A stretch of 64,000 nucleotides of DNA from Escherichia phage vB_EcoM_D4. The translations under genes were made by a program, and so were the position numbers. The notes beneath the pieces were generated by a model. It ran no database searches and was not told the origin of the DNA. It saw nothing but the letters and a program-made list of their open reading frames with translations. Below are positions 35,094-45,189 of this stretch, piece after piece. The stretch lies in sequence record PP886228; one strand, 5' to 3'. Numbering within the stretch: the stretch's first letter is position 1; every line of letters begins with the position of its first letter.

Positions 35094-37328
35094 ATGATTA
35101 AGACAATTAAAAAATCAAACGGTACAGTAGTAAACTTTGACCCAGAAAGACTGAATAAGTGGGCATCATGGGCAGATAAGCGTGGTATTATCTGGTCAGA
35201 AGTCACTATGGAAGCTATGAAACGTGTCTATGAAGGTTGCACTACAAAAGAGATGCACCAAGCCATGATTGATGTTTGTGTTGATAAACAAACTCAAGAG
35301 TACTCAGATATGGCTGGACGGCTACTGCTGGGAATTATCTACAAAGAAGCCTTTGGAGGCTTTACTAAGGTTCCTACGCTGATTACCTTCGTTAAAAATA
35401 TGGAGAGAGCAGGACTTTGGGAGAAGATGGACTATTCTCAGGAAGAGCTTGAATATCTGCAAGGGTACATTGTGCACTCAAAAGATATCTCTTACGGTTA
35501 TGCAGTCCTGAAACAGTTTAGAGATAAGTATGGTATCCGTGATATTAAAACGGGAAGACTTTTTGAGTCACCACAGTTTATGTTTATGGGTATGGCTATG
35601 AAAGCCTTTGAGAAGCAACCAAAGCACCGTAGACTGCAAGATGTTATCAAGCTGTACACTTACCTATCTGACCTGAAGATTAATGCTCCTACGCCTTATC
35701 TGAATGGTTTAAGAGCTACTAAATCAGGTTATGCGTCATGCTGTTTGATTAAGGCGAATGATACCGCTGAATCACTTGGTATTGCTGCAAAGGTTGCTTA
35801 TGATATGACTACAAAGCAAGCTGGTATTGGGATGCTGATGGAGACTCGTACTATTGGTGATGGTATCCGTCAAAATACTATTGAGCACATGGGTAAGCTG
35901 CCTTATTACAAGCTTGTACGTTCATCTGTAGAGGCAAATAAACAGAAGAGTCGTGGTGGTTCAGCTAACAACTTCTACACTGCTCTAGACCCGCAGATTG
36001 AAGATTTACTACGCTTGAAGCACCCTACAACGGTTCCTTCTAAACGTATTAACGAGATGGACTACTCATTTGGTACAAATGATTATTTCTGGCAGTGTGT
36101 TCAGTATGATACAGATTGGTTACTATTCTCTTACAAGGATGCACCAAAACTTTATGATATGTTCTACACCGCATCTGCTGATGAGTTTGCTATGGCAGTT
36201 GGTCACGCAGTACATTCTGGTGTTAAGCACAGACGAGTAAAGGCTCGTGAAATTGCTAAACTGTTTATCCAGCAGCGTTATGCAACAGGTCGTGTGTATC
36301 CATTCTTCACAAATAATGCAAACACACATACACCATTTAAAGAACCTTTGAAGATGTCAAATCTTTGTATGGAAATTGTGTTGCCAGTGTACGGTTTTGA
36401 GAAAGAGACAGACCTTTACAGAGATGATGCTGTGAAAGAGGATGGTGAGGTAGCTCTTTGCTTCCTAGCTAGTTTGGTTGCAGGGAGAATTTCAGAAGAT
36501 GAATACGCTGACGTTGCTTATTATGCTCTTGCAATGGTTGACTCCGTTATTGACCTTATGGATTATCCGTATCCGTCGATGCGCAACCATGTTCAGAAGC
36601 GTCGTTCTGTTGGGATTGGCCTTACAAATGTGGCTCATTACCTTGCGAAAAACTACGTGAACTATTCTTCAAGAGCAGGTAAGACGAAGCTTCATGAGCT
36701 TGCTGAAATGCACTCTTACTACTTACATGAAGCTTCTTTAAGACTTGCTAAAGAACGTGGTGTACCTGAGTATATGCAGTTCACTAAGTATCCTGAAGGT
36801 TGGGTTCCTCCGAAGACAGCTAACAAGAAGATTGATGAGAAGCATGATGCAAAACTAAGATATGATTGGGATGACTTAGCACAACGTATTAAAGAAAATG
36901 GTGGAATCCGCAACTCCGTATTAGAAGCTTACATGCCTAATGAGAGTTCTTCACTGGCAACTAATACGACAAATGGCTTGTATCCAATTCGTGACTTTAT
37001 TTTAACTAAAAAGTCTGCAACTGGTAACGTACTGTTTATTGTTCCAGATTACGAAGAGTTGAAGTATGTCTATGAAATTGCTTGGGATATTGACACCTTT
37101 GACCTGATTGATTGTTATGCAATTGTTCAAAAGTTCACTGGTCAAGCTATCTCTTCAGATTTCTATGTTGACTACGCAAAAGCTAAGAAGGTATCATTAG
37201 CTCAAGCTTTGAAGTACATGATTTATGCCAACTCAGTAGGTATGAAAACCATGTACTACCTTAACAGTCGCATTGGTGTAGGTAAATCTGCACTGCAAGA
37301 TGCTTATTGCGAGGGTTGTGGTGTTTAG
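35094..37328 (+). CDS. nrdA: ribonucleotide reductase class I large subunit
   Basis: N-terminal ATP-cone-like region, NLCMEI active-site motif, C-terminal CEGCG redox cysteines, 744 aa. Confidence 0.85.
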   Translation: MIKTIKKSNGTVVNFDPERLNKWASWADKRGIIWSEVTMEAMKRVYEGCTTKEMHQAMIDVCVDKQTQEYSDMAGRLLLGIIYKEAFGGFTKVPTLITFVKNMERAGLWEKMDYSQEELEYLQGYIVHSKDISYGYAVLKQFRDKYGIRDIKTGRLFESPQFMFMGMAMKAFEKQPKHRRLQDVIKLYTYLSDLKINAPTPYLNGLRATKSGYASCCLIKANDTAESLGIAAKVAYDMTTKQAGIGMLMETRTIGDGIRQNTIEHMGKLPYYKLVRSSVEANKQKSRGGSANNFYTALDPQIEDLLRLKHPTTVPSKRINEMDYSFGTNDYFWQCVQYDTDWLLFSYKDAPKLYDMFYTASADEFAMAVGHAVHSGVKHRRVKAREIAKLFIQQRYATGRVYPFFTNNANTHTPFKEPLKMSNLCMEIVLPVYGFEKETDLYRDDAVKEDGEVALCFLASLVAGRISEDEYADVAYYALAMVDSVIDLMDYPYPSMRNHVQKRRSVGIGLTNVAHYLAKNYVNYSSRAGKTKLHELAEMHSYYLHEASLRLAKERGVPEYMQFTKYPEGWVPPKTANKKIDEKHDAKLRYDWDDLAQRIKENGGIRNSVLEAYMPNESSSLATNTTNGLYPIRDFILTKKSATGNVLFIVPDYEELKYVYEIAWDIDTFDLIDCYAIVQKFTGQAISSDFYVDYAKAKKVSLAQALKYMIYANSVGMKTMYYLNSRIGVGKSALQDAYCEGCGV

Positions 37329-37383
37329 TTTTAATAACTATGAGGGTCGTAAAAGACCCTCTAAAATTAACTTTGGAGGAACT

Positions 37384-37641
37384 ATGAAAGACCTAATAGA
37401 AAAACATGAGAGACCCATATACTTGCTCCACAAACCTCGGAAAACGCTGTACTATGTAAGTAGCACAGATATGATGATAAAACAAAATGATGACTCATGG
37501 GTCGATGGTGTCTCTTACATCTCTACAGCAGATGGTAAAATCTATGCAAGACCTTATGACATGTTTAACAAAGAAAATTGGGAAGTTTTAGACAGAAAAC
37601 AAGCCTTAGAGATGATAAAGAAAGGAGAAATCACGCTATGA
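37384..37641 (+). CDS. hypothetical small protein
   Basis: Start at ATG 37384 behind ggagga RBS; between nrdA and nrdB. Confidence 0.3.
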   Translation: MKDLIEKHERPIYLLHKPRKTLYYVSSTDMMIKQNDDSWVDGVSYISTADGKIYARPYDMFNKENWEVLDRKQALEMIKKGEITL

Positions 37642-38711
37642 TTAACCAACACCCAATCTTTTTAGGTGGTGAGAGAAAAACATTCGACTCACTTAATAAG
37701 CACTACCCAAAAATCTTTGAGCTATATAAACAACAAAAAGCACAAGACTGGTCAGAAGATGAGTTCCCTTTTGAACAATCACGTCTTGATTTTGAGAGTG
37801 TACCAGCATCAATGTCAGGTGTAATGCTTGAGATTCTTAAGTGGCAGTGGGAAGCAGATACCCAAGTTGCTAAGAGTTTAGCATTTTCCTTTGCACCATT
37901 CATCTCTGATGACATTTATGCAACTGCAATTGTGAAGCAGACTGAGATTGAAAACCTACACGCTCTCACTTACTCGGAGATTGTAAGACAATGTATTAAA
38001 AATCCTGAAACAATCTTAGATGAGATTAACCAGAACATTGCTGTACAAGACCGATTAAAAACTGTGAACCGTGTTCTTGAAGAATTGCTGGACGAAGGTA
38101 TAAACTATCGGCTGAGTTATGTCCGTGACTCACTTCTGGATAAAGACCCTTTACACTTCCATAAAGTGATTCTAAAAGGTCTATTTGCAGTTACTGCACT
38201 TGAAGGTATTTCTTTTATGGCATCCTTTGCATGTACTTTTGCACTTGATGCTCAAGATAAATTTCAAGGTATTGCTCAAGCTGTCCAGAAAATTATGCTT
38301 GACGAAATCCTTCACACTAAAATTGATATTGAAGTTTTAAAAGAAACTTTAAGAGATGATGAGTGGCAAAAAGCTTTCCAACAAATTCTTCCAGAGATTA
38401 AAGTAATCTTAGATGAAGTAGTTGAAAGTGAAGAGAAATGGTCGTATTATATCTTCTCCGAAGGACGTGCTGTAGTTGGGTTAAATACAAAGCTTCTTCA
38501 TGAGTGGGTTTACTATAATGCTGCCCCACTGTATGATATGTTTGGCATTCCCAGAGATTTTGTAGCTCCTAAAGAACCACCTTTGAAGTATATGATTAAG
38601 AAGATGGAAATTGATAAAGAGCAGAATGCTAATCAGGAGCAACAGAACGGTGCGTATTTATTAAATACTGTTGTAGACGATTTGAATAGTGGATTTTTAG
38701 AGGTTCCTTAA
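37638..38711 (+). CDS. nrdB: ribonucleotide reductase class I small subunit
   Basis: Position after nrdA, ferritin-like helices with E/H ligand spacing; start set to ATG 37638 with aaaggag RBS. Confidence 0.7.
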   Translation: MINQHPIFLGGERKTFDSLNKHYPKIFELYKQQKAQDWSEDEFPFEQSRLDFESVPASMSGVMLEILKWQWEADTQVAKSLAFSFAPFISDDIYATAIVKQTEIENLHALTYSEIVRQCIKNPETILDEINQNIAVQDRLKTVNRVLEELLDEGINYRLSYVRDSLLDKDPLHFHKVILKGLFAVTALEGISFMASFACTFALDAQDKFQGIAQAVQKIMLDEILHTKIDIEVLKETLRDDEWQKAFQQILPEIKVILDEVVESEEKWSYYIFSEGRAVVGLNTKLLHEWVYYNAAPLYDMFGIPRDFVAPKEPPLKYMIKKMEIDKEQNANQEQQNGAYLLNTVVDDLNSGFLEVP

Positions 38712-38953
38712 TGACTTATGTAATTTACTCCAAAACTGGATGCCCTCAGTGTGAGACTGCAAAGAATTTTGCGAAAGCTCGTGGTATTGACCATGTTGTG
38801 AGAATGTTAGGGCAGGATTATGAACTGTCAGACCTGATGGATATTGCACAGATGCCAGTTCGTCAGATGCCATTCATCATGAAAACTGATGGTCAAAATC
38901 TAAAACCTGTTGGAACGCTACAGAATTTTATGGCAGAGGTGAATAATGCTTAA
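38711..38953 (+). CDS. nrdH: glutaredoxin-like protein (NrdH/NrdC-type)
   Basis: 80 aa with CPQC redox motif after N-terminal beta strand. Confidence 0.65.
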   Translation: MTYVIYSKTGCPQCETAKNFAKARGIDHVVRMLGQDYELSDLMDIAQMPVRQMPFIMKTDGQNLKPVGTLQNFMAEVNNA

Positions 38954-39152
38954 ACGCCTTTGGGAAGGTTTGGTTGTTGATGCACCAGCCATTGTGATTG
39001 GTATGCTTGTTGTTAACCTATTTACTGATTTTGAACAAGGTTCATTGTTTGGAGCCATGTTACTATGGGTTATCTTTGAAATATTAGAGATACAGTTAGG
39101 CATCACGGAAAAACTAAGAAAACTCGTTTCGAAGTTTTCTAAAAAGATTTAA
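38946..39152 (+). CDS. small membrane protein
   Basis: 68 aa, two hydrophobic segments. Confidence 0.3.
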   Translation: MLKRLWEGLVVDAPAIVIGMLVVNLFTDFEQGSLFGAMLLWVIFEILEIQLGITEKLRKLVSKFSKKI

Positions 39153-39158
39153 AATGAA

Positions 39159-39181
39159 AGGGTCTCTTCGGAGACCTTTTT
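39159..39181 (+). terminator. rho-independent terminator
   Basis: ggtctc ttcg gagacc then TTTTT. Confidence 0.6.
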
Positions 39182-39200
39182 AGCATGTAAAGGGGTAATA

Positions 39201-41345
39201 ATGAACAAAGTACAGATTATTAAAAAGAATGGCTCACTTGAAGAACCTGATATCAAAAAAGTTTTAGCAGCAGTAACTAAGTCAGCTAACAGGGTTGGGT
39301 ATAAAGAACTTCCACCAGATGTTACCCAAGCTCTTGAGTCAGCATTTATGAGGATTCTGGTAAAGTCCACTAAGCAGAATAATTTGCTCATCTCGGTAAA
39401 TGACATTCACAGTATTGTTGAGGGTGCTTTGGCAGAAGTCAATCACGAGATTTATGAGTCTTACTCAACATACAGAAATTACCGTAAAGAGGTTGCTCAA
39501 AATTGGGATGAGCTTTACCAAAAGACTAAAGACACACTCTTCTTAGGTGACCGTGAAAATGCTAACTTTGACAGCAGTTTAATTTCTACAAAAGGTTCAA
39601 TTATTCGTGGCTATCTGACTAAAGAAATCTTTAAACAATACCATTTAACACCAGAGGAACTCGAAGCCATTGAAAAAGGGTTTATCTACATCCATGACTT
39701 AAGAGACCTAATTTTTGGTGGTATCAACTGTTGCCTGTTTGACATCGGTAAAGTACTGAAAGGTGGCTTTGAAATGTCTGGCATCGAATACTGTGAACCG
39801 AAGTCTGTACTGTCAGCCTTACAAGTTATCGGTGATGTAGTTCTTTCAGCAACTGCACAGCAATTTGGTGGATTTACTTTAGCAGAGATTGATAAGGTAC
39901 TTGTACCATATGCTAAGAAGTCTCTACGCTATCATGCTGAGAAAGCAGCATCTTACGGTATTCCTAAAGAACATTACCATAACTATGTCATGGAGCAGTT
40001 ACAGATTGAATTAACTCAAGGCTTCCAGTCACTAGAGATGAAGCTAAATACTGTACCTTGTAGCCGTGGTGATTTCGCATTCACAACTTTAACATTTGGT
40101 TTACTTGACTCAGACATGTCTAATGAAGACAACCGACTACAATACATGATTGCAAACACTATTCTTGATGTTCGCATGAATGGACAAGGTAAGAGCAAGA
40201 AGCCTGTTGTATTCCCTAAACTGGTTTATATTCATGACCAGAAGAGACACGATGAGAATATCTGTCAAGGTCAACTGTACAGTAAAGCTATTGAGTGTTG
40301 CTCTAAAGCTATGTATCCAGATTTCTTAAGTGTATCTGGTCATGGTGCTGTAGCAGAGGCTTTTGAGCGTTCTGGCAAGGTAATTTCACCGATGGGTTGC
40401 AGAGCTTTCTTATCCCCATATCTTAACGAGAATGGAGAAGAGTTCTACGTTGGTCGTGCTAACATTGGTGCTGTATCTTTGAACTTACCAATGCTTTACC
40501 AGTATTCTAAAGAGAACGGTTTAGATTTCTGGAAAGAGCTTGATAAGTACCTAGAGATGATTCGCAGCTTCCACAAGAAACGCTACGAAATGATTGCTAA
40601 TATGCCAGCAAGTTCTAACCCTCTTGCATTCACACAAGGTGGTCTGTACAAAGGGACTAAGAAACCTACTGACAAGGTTGGTTGGGATATCGTGAAGTCT
40701 TTCACAGCTTCTTTTGGGGTTACTGCTCTTGATGAGCTGTCTGTTCTTGCTGAAGGTAAACGACTTCATGAAGTTGGAAGCTATAGTTTTGCATATGATG
40801 TTCTGGCATACATCAACATGAAAACTGAAGAGTTTAAAAATGAAGATGGCTTCTTATATGCCGTCTATGGGACTCCAGCAGAATCACTTTGTGGAACTCA
40901 ACTAAAACAGTTCAGAGATATGTTTGGCGTTATCAAAGGTGTTTCTGACAAGGAATACTTTACAAACAGCTTCCACATGAATGTTGCAGCAGACATCTCA
41001 CCATTTGAGAAGCAGGACTTAGAAGAGCCATTCTTCCATATCTGTAGAGGCGGTAGAATCCAGTATGTTAGAGTAGCTAACCCAGAAAACTTACCAGCAC
41101 TTAAAAGTTGTATTACAAGAGGGATGTTGAAAGGTTTTTATCAGGGACTTAACTTTGACTTAGCAATCTGTGAACATTGTGGCAACAGGCCAAAGGCTGA
41201 TGTTGAAGAATGTGAGGTTTGCCATTCACATGACATCTCTGTGATTAACAGAGTGTGTGGGTATCTTGGGTGGACTAAGATTAAAGGCGAATCCCGAATG
41301 AATGATGCAAAAATTGCTGAGATTCGTGACAGGGTTTCTATGTAA
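39201..41345 (+). CDS. nrdD: anaerobic ribonucleoside-triphosphate reductase
   Basis: Glycyl-radical motif RVCGYLG at C-terminus preceded by zinc ribbon CEHCG...CEVCHS; N-terminal ATP-cone. Confidence 0.85.
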   Translation: MNKVQIIKKNGSLEEPDIKKVLAAVTKSANRVGYKELPPDVTQALESAFMRILVKSTKQNNLLISVNDIHSIVEGALAEVNHEIYESYSTYRNYRKEVAQNWDELYQKTKDTLFLGDRENANFDSSLISTKGSIIRGYLTKEIFKQYHLTPEELEAIEKGFIYIHDLRDLIFGGINCCLFDIGKVLKGGFEMSGIEYCEPKSVLSALQVIGDVVLSATAQQFGGFTLAEIDKVLVPYAKKSLRYHAEKAASYGIPKEHYHNYVMEQLQIELTQGFQSLEMKLNTVPCSRGDFAFTTLTFGLLDSDMSNEDNRLQYMIANTILDVRMNGQGKSKKPVVFPKLVYIHDQKRHDENICQGQLYSKAIECCSKAMYPDFLSVSGHGAVAEAFERSGKVISPMGCRAFLSPYLNENGEEFYVGRANIGAVSLNLPMLYQYSKENGLDFWKELDKYLEMIRSFHKKRYEMIANMPASSNPLAFTQGGLYKGTKKPTDKVGWDIVKSFTASFGVTALDELSVLAEGKRLHEVGSYSFAYDVLAYINMKTEEFKNEDGFLYAVYGTPAESLCGTQLKQFRDMFGVIKGVSDKEYFTNSFHMNVAADISPFEKQDLEEPFFHICRGGRIQYVRVANPENLPALKSCITRGMLKGFYQGLNFDLAICEHCGNRPKADVEECEVCHSHDISVINRVCGYLGWTKIKGESRMNDAKIAEIRDRVSM

Positions 41346-41354
41346 AACTTGACA

Positions 41355-41393
41355 AGGTGGTGTGAGTCTTGATAGGCTTACATCACCTTTTTT
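41355..41393 (+). terminator. terminator hairpin with T-run
   Basis: aggtggtgt ... acatcacct stem then TTTTTT; preceded by TTGACA. Confidence 0.4.
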
Positions 41394-41499
41394 ATTGGAT
41401 GTTAGACATGGCAGAGAGTATTATTGGGTTGTTCATAGGTTCTGTCTTACTAGGGTTCTTTTTAGGACTTTCTTATTGTGAATTAAGAGGCAAGTTAAA

Positions 41500-41691
41500 A
41501 TGCTTAAAACATTGATACCCATACTCCACATACTAGTCTTCTTCTTTGGGGTTAGCGTCATGGTATGGGGTTTTTCAGACCCACAATGGAGTTTCGCATA
41601 TCATGGTCAGATGGATTTATGGTCATGCTTCAAACCATTTTTAGGGTTAGCTATAGCATTCAGTGCATTACCAACTAAGGTGAAATTATGA
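41500..41691 (+). CDS. small membrane protein
   Basis: 63 aa, two hydrophobic helices. Confidence 0.3.
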   Translation: MLKTLIPILHILVFFFGVSVMVWGFSDPQWSFAYHGQMDLWSCFKPFLGLAIAFSALPTKVKL

Positions 41692-42083
41692 TTAAGTTGA
41701 ACAAAAAACAGTTAGAGTGGATTAAAGATTACGCCTCAGAGTGTGGCTCTTGCGAAAAGAATCACGTAAGATACTCAACATTTCATACGGTCTTCACATT
41801 GTATGTTGGCGACAACGTTCTAAGTGATTCCGTAGAAGACGGTGTAGCGTTACCTAATGAGTTACTTGATAAACTAGCTGTAGTCACTGGAACTTGGTCT
41901 GAAGAAGACGGTCATGAATTATCTGATGATGTTGTCTTCTACACTCTTGAAAACATCATGAATCCAGAGTACATTATGCTAATGACTTGTGCACAAGACT
42001 GTGTGCCATTACAAAACTTCATTAAAGAACACTGTGAAGAATTTATTACTAAACAGGTTCCTTGTCAGGTAGTGTTTGAATAA
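41688..42083 (+). CDS. hypothetical protein
   Basis: 131-aa ORF. Confidence 0.35.
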   Translation: MIKLNKKQLEWIKDYASECGSCEKNHVRYSTFHTVFTLYVGDNVLSDSVEDGVALPNELLDKLAVVTGTWSEEDGHELSDDVVFYTLENIMNPEYIMLMTCAQDCVPLQNFIKEHCEEFITKQVPCQVVFE

Positions 42084-42118
42084 GTAAAACAATTAAATAA
42101 TATTGGTGAGGTAACTAG

Positions 42119-42604
42119 ATGAATTACATGGAGATTCGACCATTTGACACAGCTAATGGTGAAGGGGTTCGTGTGAGCCTCTTCGTAGCTGGCTGCAAAC
42201 ATCACTGTGAAGGCTGCTTTAACAGGGAGTCTTGGAAATTTAATGCTGGTAAAGAGTTTACTTATGCAAACCTCTACGGCATCATTAAGTTAATGGATGA
42301 TAATGCTATCAGTGGGCTGTCAATACTTGGTGGGGAGCCTCTGGATGACAGAAACATTCAAGAAGTCACCAACATATGCAAGCGTATTAAAACTGTTTAT
42401 CCAGAAAAGTCTATATGGCTTTGGACAGGTTTTCAGTTACACGAAAAAATTCACCTAGATGTGATGAAATATGTTGATGTGGTGATTGATGGTAAGTATG
42501 ATTCTTCTAAACCAACAGTTAAACCATATCGTGGTTCTGATAACCAAAACCTCTGGAGAAAAGAGTATGGATGGCAAGGCGATTGTCAATGGCGAGCAGA
42601 ATGA
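42119..42604 (+). CDS. nrdG: anaerobic RNR activating enzyme (radical SAM)
   Basis: CKHHCEGCFN = CxxxCxxC radical-SAM cluster near N-terminus, about 160 aa, downstream of nrdD. Confidence 0.75.
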   Translation: MNYMEIRPFDTANGEGVRVSLFVAGCKHHCEGCFNRESWKFNAGKEFTYANLYGIIKLMDDNAISGLSILGGEPLDDRNIQEVTNICKRIKTVYPEKSIWLWTGFQLHEKIHLDVMKYVDVVIDGKYDSSKPTVKPYRGSDNQNLWRKEYGWQGDCQWRAE

Positions 42605-42842
42605 TTATTCTGGTAAGTGGACTTACGACATTAACAAGTTAGATGCTTGGATGATTTATACGAGAGAAAAATTTGGTTCACGTTCATTATGCGCTCTTGC
42701 AACGATTGTAAAGAATGTCACGTTTGTCATTCATGAATCAGATAAGTTTGGAGACTTCTACAGGGTTCAAAATATCAGAGAAGGTATCACTCCAATAGGT
42801 ATCACTGAAGAAGAACTTCATAAGTTCTGTATTAAACTTTAA
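42567..42842 (+). CDS. hypothetical protein
   Basis: Start set to ATG 42567 with ggagaaaag RBS. Confidence 0.3.
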   Translation: MDGKAIVNGEQNDYSGKWTYDINKLDAWMIYTREKFGSRSLCALATIVKNVTFVIHESDKFGDFYRVQNIREGITPIGITEEELHKFCIKL

Positions 42843-42857
42843 TGAGAGAGACTAAAA

Positions 42858-43124
42858 ATGGGAATTTTAGGTAATATGAAAGCTGGCTTCTTGAAGGCAC
42901 TGGCAAAAGCAGCAGCAATCATTTCTATGACTGGAAAGCAGGTTGGTGTAGATGCTTCAGCAGTTGCACAAGTTCTTGCAAGCCAAATTGAACAGCAGCC
43001 TTACATCCACGTCGGACGTGGTAAAGGTGGTAAAAAACAAGCACATCGACCAACTGGTGCAGCAGCAATTAAACGTGCAGCTAAGAAAGCTCGTAACCGT
43101 AAACGTAACAAGAAGGCTAAATAA
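42858..43124 (+). CDS. small basic protein
   Basis: Lys/Arg-rich C-terminus KKARNRKRNKKAK. Confidence 0.35.
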   Translation: MGILGNMKAGFLKALAKAAAIISMTGKQVGVDASAVAQVLASQIEQQPYIHVGRGKGGKKQAHRPTGAAAIKRAAKKARNRKRNKKAK

Positions 43125-43126
43125 TC

Positions 43127-43447
43127 ATGAGTAAAGTTTATAACACTCATAAATTACAGATTTTCGTACTGTGCCAGTTTATGGCTAAAGAGTATAACTA
43201 CTACTATTGTGGTACAGGGTTCATCAGTGATAATGACGGCTCATATCTACCATTCAAAGAGGCTGTAAAACTCTTCAATGAAGAGAAAAGCTCTAAGAAA
43301 GATATTGAAAAGGTTAAGCTAACCTACAGCAAGAAAGATAAGAAGATTATCTGCCTAGATAACTTTGTAAAAGTTACTGGAGAAGCAAAAGAGTTTATGG
43401 ATGAGAGTGAAATCTCATTCACAAGCATCTTGAAAGTAGCTCAGTAA
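43127..43447 (+). CDS. hypothetical protein
   Basis: 106-aa ORF. Confidence 0.35.
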   Translation: MSKVYNTHKLQIFVLCQFMAKEYNYYYCGTGFISDNDGSYLPFKEAVKLFNEEKSSKKDIEKVKLTYSKKDKKIICLDNFVKVTGEAKEFMDESEISFTSILKVAQ

Positions 43448-43502
43448 AAAGATACTATAAGGGGACTGTAAAGGTTCCCTTTTTATTTTTTGTGGAGATA
43501 CT

Positions 43503-44018
43503 ATGTACCTGTCAAACCTGAAACGTTCTGCTGCAATGTCTGTTCTGAGACTAAGCTTTGAAGAGCGTCAAGAGTTCATTGATTCCCACCAATATGACCC
43601 TTCCAATTCCAATCACATGATTCTCTGGAACCGTGATAACTTCCGTGAAAGAGCACTTGTCCGTTATTACCCACACTACACAATAGATAACCTGTATGAA
43701 TGGTGTGTTGTGAAGAACACTATTGCAACACTTAACAATCTTTGCAGGTATACAGGCAAGCAAACATTTACACTAGGTCACCACAAGCCTGTTACAAAAG
43801 GTGGTGAACATCACTGTGCAAACTGGTTTATTCAAACTAAAGCTGATAACCAGAGGCAAGGCGATAACCTTCTAAGTACTCCTAAGATGACCTATGAAGA
43901 GCAAGAGAAATATATCAAAAATAATATGCCAGATGTGCTTGACAACAACTATACAGATTTGGCAATATCTCTCCTGTTGAAGTTCGAGACAGTTTATAGG
44001 GCAACTTACAATGGCTAA
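43503..44018 (+). CDS. HNH endonuclease-like protein
   Basis: GHHKPVTKGGEHHCANW...N pattern resembles HNH core. Confidence 0.4.
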   Translation: MYLSNLKRSAAMSVLRLSFEERQEFIDSHQYDPSNSNHMILWNRDNFRERALVRYYPHYTIDNLYEWCVVKNTIATLNNLCRYTGKQTFTLGHHKPVTKGGEHHCANWFIQTKADNQRQGDNLLSTPKMTYEEQEKYIKNNMPDVLDNNYTDLAISLLLKFETVYRATYNG

Positions 44019-44289
44019 AGAGAAGTGGGAAATTTTACCATTAGTGAGTGAAGGCGGTAACGGTTGTGAGATGTACATGATACGTGGTCATGTCCCAGAA
44101 CCAATTGCACTTGAGATGGTAAACAACTTTACAGATGGCTCTTACAAAGACTTAGGAGAACCAACTGTCAAGCAACAATGGGTTAAACCTGTACCAGACA
44201 GCACAGGTAACTGTAGTGTACTTTATCACGTTGTAGACCCTGCAAAATGCAAATCTGCAATGGCAGTAACAAACGTAACTTTTGACTGA
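44011..44289 (+). CDS. hypothetical protein
   Basis: 92-aa ORF. Confidence 0.3.
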   Translation: MAKEKWEILPLVSEGGNGCEMYMIRGHVPEPIALEMVNNFTDGSYKDLGEPTVKQQWVKPVPDSTGNCSVLYHVVDPAKCKSAMAVTNVTFD

Positions 44290-45181
44290 GAGAGAAACTA
44301 TGAAAACATCTATCCGTGTTACAGTTCATTCACCGACTAAAGGGACTCATGAAGAAGAGTTTAACATCATTCAATTCCCTTCTGGTGAGATTGGTGGACA
44401 CTTTTCACAAGAGCTTGTTGATTTTACTGCTTATGCAGCATCATCTATCAACAATGTGATTATGATTGTGAAAGGTTATGATAAGGACACATTGTTTGCT
44501 GTGGCACTTGCTAAAGAAGCAATTGATGATTTAGTCCCTCATGACTATGCCTTAAAGACTGTCATTTTTTACTACTTACCAAATGCACGATATGACCGTC
44601 ACATGTTTAAAGGTGATGCAGCAGCTTTAAAGGTTTTTGCTAAACAGGTCAATGCAATGGGGTTTGGTGCAGTCTGTGCAGTTGACCCTCACAGTTATGT
44701 ACCAGATAACCTGTTTAACTGCTTCCAGAGTATTCCTCAAAAGGAAATTGCAGTCCACTATGCAAATGACCCACTGGTTGATTACTTAGTAGCCCCAGAT
44801 GCAGGTGCTGCTAAGAAGATTGCAGAGACTGCTAAAGAGGTGGATAAGCCATACATCACAATGTCTAAAGTGCGTAACCTTAAAACTGGTGAAATTACTG
44901 GTATGCGAATCCTTGATGATGTTGATTTGACAGATAAAACCGTCATGATTCTGGATGATATTTGTGATGGAGGACGAACCTTCATAGAAGCAGCTAAACA
45001 TCTTCGTGAAGCAGGTGCAAAACGTGTGGAACTCTATGTAACACATGGTATCTTCTCTAAAGGTGTTGAAAACTTACTTGACAATGGTATTGACCACATC
45101 TACACTACAAACTCTTTAGGGGAAGCTAAAGACCGTGGCTTAACACATTATGGTCAAGTTACTGTAGCAAATTTGGATTAG
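44282..45181 (+). CDS. ribose-phosphate pyrophosphokinase-like protein (PRPP synthetase family)
   Basis: PRPP-binding loop VMILDDICDGGRT and overall about 300 aa Prs-like layout. Confidence 0.65.
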   Translation: MTERETMKTSIRVTVHSPTKGTHEEEFNIIQFPSGEIGGHFSQELVDFTAYAASSINNVIMIVKGYDKDTLFAVALAKEAIDDLVPHDYALKTVIFYYLPNARYDRHMFKGDAAALKVFAKQVNAMGFGAVCAVDPHSYVPDNLFNCFQSIPQKEIAVHYANDPLVDYLVAPDAGAAKKIAETAKEVDKPYITMSKVRNLKTGEITGMRILDDVDLTDKTVMILDDICDGGRTFIEAAKHLREAGAKRVELYVTHGIFSKGVENLLDNGIDHIYTTNSLGEAKDRGLTHYGQVTVANLD

Positions 45182-45189
45182 GTATTAAA

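Noticed and set aside
37578-37641. ORF-track N-terminal extension of nrdB (start 37578) and extension of the long fibre (start 11955)
   Set aside because: Extensions overlap the upstream genes and lack an RBS; internal ATGs at 37638 and 12024 have Shine-Dalgarno sequences and give N-termini typical of the families.
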